A stretch of DNA of 10,279 nt from a virus (IMGVR_UViG_2681813305_000007); one strand, 5' to 3'. Counted from the first letter of the stretch, positions 1-5,756 are shown. Notes: generated from the letters alone by a model not told the origin. Numbers and translations are program-made.

Positions 1-404
1 CCGTTGCGGGCATAAAGCAACTCGATCGCCTTCGTTGTTTTCTCGATGCCGTAGCGCTCCATAGCGGTCTCACGAACACGCATCGCATATGCCACGATGT
101 TCGCCGCGCTTGGCGTGTTCTTCGACATTTCAGCCAGGTATGCAAAGCCACCAACGGTCTCTGTCAGCCCCTTGCTTTCCAGAGCATCAAACAGGGTCAG
201 CAGATCGACAGGCTTATGGTCGCGGTACATCTGGCGCATTTCAGCAAAAATGACCTGATGAGGGCGCGCGTAGAACGATTCTGGCTTGAGAATCGAAAGC
301 ACCTTCTGAGTACGCTCACTGTTGTCATCGTCAAGCAGGAGCCCGCCCAGCACGCTCTGCTCTGCTTCAATGCTGTGCGGAGGGGTCATGAAATCAGAGG
401 TCAT
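1..404 (-). CDS. Phage DnaB-like replicative helicase (P22 gp12 type), N-terminal part, runs off the window edge
   Basis: Manual translation from the ATG at 404 gives MTSDFMTPPHSIEAEQSVLGGLLLDDDNSERTQKVLSILKPESFYARPHQVIF...FAYLAEMSKNTPSAANIVAYA, with the typical DnaB N-terminal PPHSIEAEQ and TPSAAN motifs. It overlaps the O stop by 11 nt. Confidence 0.93.
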   Translation of the reverse strand, partial: MTSDFMTPPHSIEAEQSVLGGLLLDDDNSERTQKVLSILKPESFYARPHQVIFAEMRQMYRDHKPVDLLTLFDALESKGLTETVGGFAYLAEMSKNTPSAANIVAYAMRVRETAMERYGIEKTTKAIELLYARN

Positions 405-1293
405 CACAGGCCCCCTCGCGCGTTTTGGCGTAGACATCGACGTTCAGGAAGTATTCCAGCGACTTGCGGCGCCAGGTTTTCCCGGTGCGCTGATCAGGGC
501 GATTCTCAAGCATCCAGCGGCAGTTACTGGCGATGTAGCTCAGGTAAGACTCCCAGTCGGCCAGGGTAAAGCTGTGGCCATCAAGCTGACGGGTAATTTT
601 GTTGGCTTTCTGCCAGAACGAGCGGATCAGGTTGCGGCGCTTATCAGTGAGGACCCTGATCCCCTGCGCTTCCGGTAGCACCTGGTGATAAACATCGACA
701 ACCTGCTCACAGCTGAGGGACTGTTTTTTAGGTTCGGATTTTGGTGACGCTGATGCACTCTCTTCTACGTCAGTAGAAGAGATATTATTTAATATATTGT
801 TTGTGGCACTTTGTTGGCATTCTGTTGGCACAACCTCGCCGGTACGCAGCGTGGTTACTGGGTTTGCGTTGGCACTTTGTTGGCATTCTGTTGGCACAAA
901 AAATTGCTGATAATCGTCATATTTGGTGACGGTTAAGAGTGTAAATTTCTTGTTTGCCAGGGTGGTGATCATGCCCATTTTCGCGAACTTGTTCAGCAGG
1001 TACTTAACCCTGTCAGGTGCTATTCCCGTGTCTTTCGACAGGGTATGTCGCCCGGTGATCACCTGACCGCGGGAAACCGGATACTCACCAAGCTCTGTGG
1101 TTACCATCCCGTCAGCTGAATTCACCTCCATGATGAGATGGATCCACAGATGGACGGCTTCACTGTCGGTCTTGTAGAACGGCAGTTCTCTTACTTTACG
1201 GTGCAGGAATACCAACCCCTGCCCTGATGGCTGAGGTTTCTCCATGGGCTTCTGAGACCCTCTAAAATCGGATATGCGGAGAACGTTACTCAC
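394..1293 (-). CDS. Replication initiator (O / gp18-like replisome organiser), 299 aa
   Basis: Lies between the cII region and the helicase. GTG start with AGGAGG upstream, winged-helix-like N-terminus (LHRK...EAVHLWIHLI...RGQVITGR), internal iterons, and C-terminal SLEYFLNVDVYAKTREG typical of phage initiators. Confidence 0.88.
   Translation of the reverse strand: MSNVLRISDFRGSQKPMEKPQPSGQGLVFLHRKVRELPFYKTDSEAVHLWIHLIMEVNSADGMVTTELGEYPVSRGQVITGRHTLSKDTGIAPDRVKYLLNKFAKMGMITTLANKKFTLLTVTKYDDYQQFFVPTECQQSANANPVTTLRTGEVVPTECQQSATNNILNNISSTDVEESASASPKSEPKKQSLSCEQVVDVYHQVLPEAQGIRVLTDKRRNLIRSFWQKANKITRQLDGHSFTLADWESYLSYIASNCRWMLENRPDQRTGKTWRRKSLEYFLNVDVYAKTREGACDDL
781..899. repeat. Phage replication origin: iterons plus AT-rich unwinding element
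   Basis: The 30-bp sequence TGGCACTTTGTTGGCATTCTGTTGGCACAA occurs exactly at 804-833 and 870-899. Each copy is built from 11-bp-period GTTGGCA units (813, 824, 868, 879, 890; degenerate at 802). An AT-rich tract (GATATTATTTAATATATTGTTT, 781-802) follows in the direction of O transcription, as in lambda ori. Confidence 0.85.
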
Positions 1294-1432
1294 GGCCTTC
1301 CTCCTTCCGTTTCAGCTCTTCCAGGATGGCGCGCATTTTCATGCCAACCACCGGGTTAACCGAGCGAATGAAGCGGTCGCGGGTAACATTTTTGTGTGTT
1401 TGTGCCTGGTAAAATCTGTTGCTCTTAGGCAT
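1286..1432 (-). CDS. 48-aa small protein, P22 orf48-like (not in the ORF track)
   Basis: MPKSNRFYQAQTHKNVTRDRFIRSVNPVVGMKMRAILEELKRKEEGRE*. SD CAGGAG upstream; overlaps the O start (GTGAGTAA). Same position, size and RDRF motif as P22-type orf48 (from memory). Confidence 0.8.
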   Translation of the reverse strand: MPKSNRFYQAQTHKNVTRDRFIRSVNPVVGMKMRAILEELKRKEEGRE

Positions 1433-1456
1433 AATTACTCCTGTGAATTGATCCAG
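1407..1456 (+). promoter_or_regulatory. pO (oop) promoter with LexA box
   Basis: CATAAT -10 at 1430-1435 followed by TACTCCTGTGAATTGATCCAGT, very similar to lambda pO (CATAATGACTCCTGTTGATAGATCCAGT). CTG-N10-CAG SOS box CTGTGAATTGATCCAG at 1441-1456. The -35 (TGGTAA, 1407-1412) is poor. Confidence 0.7.
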
Positions 1457-1512
1457 TTAATTCGCGTAGAAAGCCGTTAGTGTTAGCGCACTGCGGCTTT
1501 CGCCTTTCTGTT
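1443..1512 (+). ncRNA. oop: oop-like antisense RNA (predicted, ends approximate)
   Basis: Start inferred by alignment with lambda oop (G of CTG). Ends at the hairpin 1469-1501 followed by the weak pyrimidine tract GCCTTTCTGTT. Confidence 0.55.
1469..1512 (+). terminator. Stem-loop, probable oop terminator
   Basis: GAAAGCCG-t-TAGTG-ttagcg-CACTG-CGGCTTTC (1469-1501) followed by gcctttctgtt. Confidence 0.55.
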
Positions 1513-1517
1513 CCCAC

Positions 1518-1739
1518 TCATGCTTCAAAATCACCTTTCTCTCCCGGCCTGTTAGAAATCAGGATGGCCAGCAGTAGCGACATGTTCGGCAGCAGGCTTT
1601 CCCGCCAGCGACTCACCGTCGACTTATTCACTCCGGCCACTTTGGCGATATTCGTGGTTCCCAGTTCAGCTATCTGGCTGTGTAACCAGCTTTCTATCCT
1701 GCGAGCCTCCACTTTGTTGCGTGTCGTTGAACTCTCCAT
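1518..1739 (-). CDS. cII: CII-family transcriptional activator, short form (73 aa)
   Basis: True start is probably the ATG at 1739 (SD AGAGGA), not 1856. MESSTTRNKVEARRIESWLHSQIAELGTTNIAKVAGVNKSTVSRWRESLLPNMSLLLAIL aligns with lambda CII (RNEALRIESALLNKIAMLGTEKTAEAVGVDKSQISRWKRDWIPKFSMLLAVL). Confidence 0.88.
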   Translation of the reverse strand: MESSTTRNKVEARRIESWLHSQIAELGTTNIAKVAGVNKSTVSRWRESLLPNMSLLLAILISNRPGEKGDFEA

Positions 1740-1749
1740 TTGTGATACT
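1716..1749 (+). promoter_or_regulatory. pRE (CII-activated repressor-establishment promoter), predicted
   Basis: TTGC-GTGTCG-TTGA (1717-1730; also GTTG-N6-GTTG) flanks the -35 position, then a 17-bp spacer and -10 GATACT (1744-1749) preceded by TG. It overlaps the cII start as lambda pRE does. Confidence 0.65.
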
Positions 1750-1771
1750 TCCTCTGGTGTTGTTTGGAATG

Positions 1772-1788
1772 GCCGCCAGTCAGGCGGC
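1772..1788 (-). other. GC hairpin over the cro stop codon (boxB-like or pause hairpin)
   Basis: Minus strand GCCGCC-TGACT-GGCGGC: perfect 6-bp stem, 5-nt loop, no U tract after it. Confidence 0.55.
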
Positions 1789-2013
1789 ACTATTGTTTGG
1801 TGGCGGAAAAATCGAGGGCAGATCAGGGCGAAACTCATATGCCTTAATCTCTCCATTTACAGCCGCGACAAGGTCGGGAACATGCACAGGAGAAATCCTC
1901 TTTTTCCCATTTAGCCAGTCGCAGATCGTGGACTGCGCTTTGCCGCATCGCTTGGCCAATTCTTTCTGACTGCCGGCGATGGAAATCGCTTTTTCTACTG
2001 CGGGGTTTTTCAT
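1780..2013 (-). CDS. cro: Cro-like repressor (YdaS / P22-Cro type HTH), 77 aa
   Basis: Divergent from cI. ATG at 2013 with GAGG SD (the track's GTG at 2019 overlaps the SD). GSQKELAKRCGKAQSTICDWLNG HTH and FRPDL...F C-terminal motif. Confidence 0.9.
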   Translation of the reverse strand: MKNPAVEKAISIAGSQKELAKRCGKAQSTICDWLNGKKRISPVHVPDLVAAVNGEIKAYEFRPDLPSIFPPPNNSAA

Positions 2014-2040
2014 AATCACCTCAGCTATTGGTTTTTGATG

Positions 2041-2069
2041 ATTATGGTTATCGCAAAAGAGATTGTCAA
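2041..2069 (-). promoter_or_regulatory. pR promoter
   Basis: TTGACA (2069-2064), 17-bp spacer, CATAAT (2046-2041). Confidence 0.88.
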
Positions 2070-2109
2070 TCGCCTATGCGATTTTTTGCTAAGTAATCGC
2101 TGTGGCGAT
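2050..2109. promoter_or_regulatory. OR1-OR3 operators (14-bp ATCGC-N4-GCGAT)
   Basis: ATCGCaaaaGAGAT 2050-2063, ATCGCctatGCGAT 2069-2082 and ATCGCtgtgGCGAT 2096-2109, overlapping pR and pRM. Confidence 0.85.
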
Positions 2110-2114
2110 AGGAT
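2086..2114 (+). promoter_or_regulatory. pRM promoter
   Basis: TTGCTA (2086-2091), 17-bp spacer, TAGGAT (2109-2114). OR3 lies in the spacer; cI has a strong GAGGAGG SD downstream. Confidence 0.7.
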
Positions 2115-2140
2115 TAAAGGAGTTACTTTGAGGAGGTGTT

Positions 2141-2830
2141 ATGGATTTCTCTGAGCGTCTTGCTCGAGCAATGTCATTAGCTGGGTATACGCAAGGCAGG
2201 CTTGCCAAAGAGGTCGGCATGGCGCAGTCCAGCGTGAACAAGCTGCTTAATGGCGCCAACGGCTCTCGAAAGACAGTGGAAATAGCATCTGTGTTAGGTG
2301 TGCGTCCTGAATGGCTATCCACTGGTGCAGGTGAAATGCTTGCTGATTCCATACAGATCACGCAAATGCAGACGCCAGTAACACCGCAAAACGGCATTTA
2401 TCGTGTGGATGTCCTCGATGTCAAAGCCAGTGCAGGACCAGGTGCACTTATCACGAACGATTTCATAGAGACGATTCGTGCGATCGAATACACATCGGAG
2501 CAGGCCAGATCGCTATTTGGAAATCGGCCAGCTCATCACATAAAAGTAATCACCGTTACCGGTGATAGCATGGATACAACGATCTCACCCGGTGATGAAA
2601 TTTTCGTAGACATTAGCAGTACCCATTTTGACAGTGATGGCGTTTACGTGTTTGTTTTTGGAAAAACCCTTCACGTCAAGCGCTTGCAGATGCAAAGGGA
2701 TCGACTGGCCGTAATTTCAGATAACCCCATCTATGAAAAATGGTATGTAGAGCCAGGTGATGAAGACCAGTTCTACGTTATGGCCAGAGTCCTTCTCAGA
2801 CAATCGATCGAATATAAACGATTCGCATAA
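2141..2830 (+). CDS. cI: CI repressor, HTH plus S24 autopeptidase (LexA-like), 229 aa
   Basis: N-terminal HTH (TQGRLAKEVGMAQSSVNKLLNG), Ala-Gly cleavage site (SAGPG), catalytic Ser (GDSM) and Lys (HVKRL). Confidence 0.95.
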   Translation: MDFSERLARAMSLAGYTQGRLAKEVGMAQSSVNKLLNGANGSRKTVEIASVLGVRPEWLSTGAGEMLADSIQITQMQTPVTPQNGIYRVDVLDVKASAGPGALITNDFIETIRAIEYTSEQARSLFGNRPAHHIKVITVTGDSMDTTISPGDEIFVDISSTHFDSDGVYVFVFGKTLHVKRLQMQRDRLAVISDNPIYEKWYVEPGDEDQFYVMARVLLRQSIEYKRFA

Positions 2831-2850
2831 CCCGCTTCGGCGGGTTTTTT
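2829..2850 (+). terminator. Intrinsic terminator after cI
   Basis: AACCCGC-TTCG-GCGGGTT followed by TTTT; C(UUCG)G tetraloop. Confidence 0.92.
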
Positions 2851-2922
2851 ATCGCCCTCCCGCCGCTAAACCCTTCGTAAAAACGCCTACCTAAAATTTT
2901 TTCTTAAAATAATCACTTTAAT

Positions 2923-2935
2923 AATCACACGCTTA
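2923..2935 (+). promoter_or_regulatory. Possible IHF site upstream of pL
   Basis: AATCAC-ACGC-TTA has one mismatch to WATCAANNNNTTR and is preceded by A/T tracts (2893-2912). It lies about 70-80 bp upstream of the pL start, similar to lambda pL. Confidence 0.4.
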
Positions 2936-2994
2936 TCACTTTTGCGATTACTGATATCGTTTTAGCGATTGACCTGAATAATCGCCTTGGCTAT
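2935..2994. promoter_or_regulatory. OL operators (three, same 14-bp consensus as OR)
   Basis: ATCACttttGCGAT 2935-2948, ATCGTtttaGCGAT 2956-2969 and ATCGCcttgGCTAT 2981-2994, each with one mismatch to ATCGC-N4-GCGAT. Confidence 0.85.
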
Positions 2995-2997
2995 TAT
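2969..2997 (+). promoter_or_regulatory. pL promoter (predicted start near A3004)
   Basis: TTGACC (2969-2974), 17-bp spacer, TATTAT (2992-2997), overlapped by two OL operators. Confidence 0.88.
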
Positions 2998-3076
2998 CAA
3001 TCCATCCAAACAACACCGGCAACGCCGGGGTGAAGTCAAAACGTCCAGTTAGCCGCGATAAGGCAAAGGTGAAGAG

Positions 3077-3184
3077 ATGATCCGCGAAGAAGACAAGCCT
3101 GCATGGCGTAATTTTTGGTTAAAGGTCGTTCCGTTTTTGGTTGCTGTCCTTTTTTTTAGCTTCGCATGCTGGGGTGGAAAATGA
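3077..3184 (+). CDS. 35-aa predicted single-pass membrane micro-protein, first gene of the pL operon (not in the ORF track)
   Basis: MIREEDKPAWRNFWLKVVPFLVAVLFFSFACWGGK*. AAGGTGAAG upstream; ATGA overlap with the next gene. Confidence 0.65.
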   Translation: MIREEDKPAWRNFWLKVVPFLVAVLFFSFACWGGK

Positions 3185-3396
3185 GCAAAGAAAACAATGG
3201 CGGCCCTGCATATCCAACGCAAGGGTACGAAGGTTTGACTGTTCGTGATTACTTTGCGGCAAAAGCGATGCAGGGCTGGCTGGCAGGTTATCCAGCGGGC
3301 ATTAATCACCCTGCGAGAAGTGAAGAAGGTTTCACTGTTGCTGAGCTTTCTTACCTGATGGCTGATGCAATGTTGAAAGCGCGGGAGGAAGTATGA
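3181..3396 (+). CDS. Conserved phage hypothetical protein (GGPAxP...RDYFAAKAM...ADAMLxAR family), 71 aa
   Basis: Start probably the ATG at 3181, coupled to the upstream stop. The motif pattern is one I recognise as widespread in phage early regions; function unknown to me. Confidence 0.85.
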   Translation: MSKENNGGPAYPTQGYEGLTVRDYFAAKAMQGWLAGYPAGINHPARSEEGFTVAELSYLMADAMLKAREEV

Positions 3397-3503
3397 GCAA
3401 ACAAGGCATTCGTTCACTGATTTACTGCCTGCTGATCTGCGGCGTTATCTGGTCGGCTGTTGTTATCAAAATTCTGCACGCTACGGGGGTGTTCAATGGC
3501 TAA
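3393..3503 (+). CDS. 36-aa predicted single-pass membrane micro-protein (not in the ORF track)
   Basis: MSKQGIRSLIYCLLICGVIWSAVVIKILHATGVFNG*. Strong SD GGGAGG; ATGA overlap upstream and 8-nt overlap downstream. Confidence 0.75.
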   Translation: MSKQGIRSLIYCLLICGVIWSAVVIKILHATGVFNG

Positions 3504-3690
3504 CTCAATTCCTAACAACGGACGCGCCGTGATGATGCGCAATCGCCGCACCGGCGCCGCCTGGCTGGTCAGCTTCGACTATCGCGACGGCAGCTACTGG
3601 CACGAGCCGCAGGGCAATCTGCGCCACATCCGCCGGCCATACGCTTCACGCAGCATTGAGCCGAACCTGGTACCAGCCGGGACGCATTAA
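3496..3690 (+). CDS. 64-aa hypothetical phage protein
   Basis: MANSIPNNGRAVMMRNRRTGAAWLVSFDYRDGSYWHEPQGNLRHIRRPYASRSIEPNLVPAGTH*. ATG at 3496 overlaps the previous stop; GGGGGTG upstream. Confidence 0.75.
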   Translation: MANSIPNNGRAVMMRNRRTGAAWLVSFDYRDGSYWHEPQGNLRHIRRPYASRSIEPNLVPAGTH

Positions 3691-3778
3691 CCGCGCATAT
3701 CAGCGCACGAATTTAACTGAGTTATCAGGCAGCCAATACGGTGCCGGGATTCTTACAACCAAATTTCAGGAGCGAGCT

Positions 3779-4063
3779 ATGAACGCATACCGCGCATACG
3801 ACGTGATCGAAGAGCGTAAGTGGGCCGAGCAAACGCTCACCGAAGAGAAGCAAAAGTGGATTGAAGATCGGGCAAAAGAGGTCTTTGACAGCCTTCCAGA
3901 GGATCCATACGCGGCACTACGCCAGTCTGTATCGTCCAAATCGTTTCCATATGAAGGCCTCCGTAGCGATAAGGCTGGCGAGGTATACAACGATTTGCGC
4001 ACAGCAATAGCTTACGCCCAGGCGGAATACGACTGGGATCACCGCACTGGCTGCCCGTTTTAA
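3779..4063 (+). CDS. gam: Gam-like RecBCD (host nuclease) inhibitor, 94 aa
   Basis: MNAYRAYDVIEERKWAEQTLTEEKQ...LP resembles the lambda GamS N-terminus (MNAYYIQDRLEAQSWA...EEKE...LP). Immediately upstream of bet; SD CAGGAG. Confidence 0.72.
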   Translation: MNAYRAYDVIEERKWAEQTLTEEKQKWIEDRAKEVFDSLPEDPYAALRQSVSSKSFPYEGLRSDKAGEVYNDLRTAIAYAQAEYDWDHRTGCPF

Positions 4064-4078
4064 CTTTGGGGAATAACA

Positions 4079-4924
4079 ATGGCTAACGAACTTGTGATTA
4101 CAGCCAGCTCTCTTGCTGAGCGAGGCATTGACGGCGCCACCTGGAGCGCCCTCAAAAACAGTATTTACCCTGGCGCCAAGGATGAGTCGGTGATGATGGC
4201 ATTGGACTACTGCCGGGCCAGAAACCTCGATCCGCTTCTGAAGCCCGTTCATCTGGTGCCAATGAGCGTTAAGGACTCGAAGTCGGGTAAAAGCGAGTGG
4301 CGCGATGTGGTTATGCCTGGCATCGGGCTTTATCGGATTCAGGCCGATCGCTCCGGTGATTACGCTGGCGCTAAAGAACCAGAGTTCGGCCCGGACGTTA
4401 CTCTGACGCTTACCGGTATTGAGGTGACCGTACCTCAATGGTGCAAGTACACGGTCAGCAAGCGCATGCCGAGCGGGGAAATCGTCGAATTCAGCGCGAA
4501 AGAATACTGGGTTGAGAACTATGCCACCGCCGGCCGCGACACTACCGCGCCAAATGCTATGTGGAAAAAGCGCCCTTATGGCCAGCTGGCGAAGTGTGCC
4601 GAGGCTCAGGCTCTGCGTAAGGCATGGCCTGAAATTGGCCAGCAGCCCACTGCCGAAGAGATGGAAGGTAAAACGCTGGAAGTGGATGCGCGTGACGTAA
4701 CGCCGCGCAGCACTCCAGAGGCGCCCCCCTTGGTGGCCAGTGAGGAAACGCTGCAGGCAATTACTGACCTCCTGACGTCCCTGAATAAGGACTGGGAGCA
4801 GGACTTCCTGCCTCTGTGCAGCAACATCTTCAAGCGTGACATTTTCCAGGCATCACAGCTCACCGAAGAAGAAGCGCAGAAAGGCTTTAGCTTCCTTCAG
4901 AAAAAAGCGCAGGTGGCAGCATGA
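4079..4924 (+). CDS. bet: Single-strand annealing recombinase (Bet / RecT family), 281 aa
   Basis: [29 protein letters not shown] and [24 protein letters not shown] motifs; lies between gam and exo. Confidence 0.9.
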   Translation: MANELVITASSLAERGIDGATWSALKNSIYPGAKDESVMMALDYCRARNLDPLLKPVHLVPMSVKDSKSGKSEWRDVVMPGIGLYRIQADRSGDYAGAKEPEFGPDVTLTLTGIEVTVPQWCKYTVSKRMPSGEIVEFSAKEYWVENYATAGRDTTAPNAMWKKRPYGQLAKCAEAQALRKAWPEIGQQPTAEEMEGKTLEVDARDVTPRSTPEAPPLVASEETLQAITDLLTSLNKDWEQDFLPLCSNIFKRDIFQASQLTEEEAQKGFSFLQKKAQVAA

Positions 4925-5601
4925 CACCAGAAATTATCCTCGAGCGAACTGGCATTGACGTTACCCGCGTTGAACAGGGAGATGAATCCTGGCACCGCTT
5001 ACGCCTCGGCGTGATCACTGCCTCGGAAGTTCACAACGTCATTTCTAAGCCCAAGTCAGGCAAGAAATGGACTGATATGAAGATGTCCTACTTCCTTACG
5101 CTCCTTGCCGAAGTGTGCACCGGCGTGGCGCCGGAAGTTAACGCCAAGGCGCTGGCCTGGGGGAAACAGTATGAGGCCGACGCTCGCACCCTGTTTGAGT
5201 TCACCACCGACGTGAAGGTAACAGAGTCGCCGATCCTTTTCCGTGACGAAGGCATGCGCACCGCCTGCTCACCTGATGGCCTGTGCAGTGATGGTCGCGG
5301 CCTTGAGCTGAAGTGCCCTTTCACCTCTCGCGACTTCATGAAATTCCGGCTTGGCGGCTTCGAGGCTATCAAATCCGCCTACATGGCCCAGGTGCAATTC
5401 AGCATGTGGGTAACCGGTAAGGATGCATGGTATTTCGCGAATTATGACCCTCGCATGAAGCGAGAAGGCATTCATCACGTGGTTGTTGAGCGCGACGACA
5501 AATACATGTCCGACTTCAACGAAATGGTGCCGGAGTTCATCAGCAAGATGGACGAATCGCTGGCGGAGATCGGCTTTACCTTCGGGGAGCAGTGGAAATG
5601 A
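4921..5601 (+). CDS. exo: Lambda-type exonuclease (YqaJ family), 226 aa
   Basis: Same length as and nearly colinear with lambda Exo ([41 protein letters not shown]). Confidence 0.97.
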   Translation: MTPEIILERTGIDVTRVEQGDESWHRLRLGVITASEVHNVISKPKSGKKWTDMKMSYFLTLLAEVCTGVAPEVNAKALAWGKQYEADARTLFEFTTDVKVTESPILFRDEGMRTACSPDGLCSDGRGLELKCPFTSRDFMKFRLGGFEAIKSAYMAQVQFSMWVTGKDAWYFANYDPRMKREGIHHVVVERDDKYMSDFNEMVPEFISKMDESLAEIGFTFGEQWK

Positions 5602-5756
5602 AACATTACCGCGACGCCATAACCGTAGGGAAAGTGAAGTGCATGTACTCCGTCCTTCATCGTGGCTGGCTAATGCCATCTGGTGAAGTGGTAAGAAACC
5701 CGTTAAAGGCTCAGCGGCTGGCTGAAGAGCTGGACACGAAAAGAGGTGCGCGATGA
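5598..5756 (+). CDS. 52-aa lambda orf60a-like protein (DUF1317-type; not in the ORF track)
   Basis: [64 protein letters not shown] matches lambda orf60a, which also follows exo. ATGA overlaps at both ends. Confidence 0.85.
   Translation: MKHYRDAITVGKVKCMYSVLHRGWLMPSGEVVRNPLKAQRLAEELDTKRGAR

Noticed and set aside
216-678. Plus-strand ORFs 216-569 and 322-678
   Set aside because: Antisense to the helicase and O genes, with no recognisable product.
781-899. CRISPR-like repeat-spacer-repeat appearance (30-bp repeat, 36-bp spacer)
   Set aside because: Only two copies, inside an intact coding frame, internally periodic, and no cas genes; fully explained as origin iterons.
1518-1856. 112-aa version of cII from the ORF track
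   Set aside because: The extension overlaps cro and the cro-cII spacer; homology and the SD support the ATG at 1739.
3004-3076. Direct assignment as an HK022-type put antiterminator
   Set aside because: Only one convincing stem is visible and I cannot confirm put sequence identity from memory; kept only as one hypothesis in the findings.
3656-3778. Long (135-aa, GamL-like) start for gam
   Set aside because: Overlaps the upstream gene end with no good SD; the MNAY start at 3779 has CAGGAG and matches GamS.
3691-3778. Non-coding gap before gam with short stems (GCGC..GCGC, GGCA..TGCC)
   Set aside because: Stems are only 4 bp, there is no U tract, and I cannot assign an RNA family.
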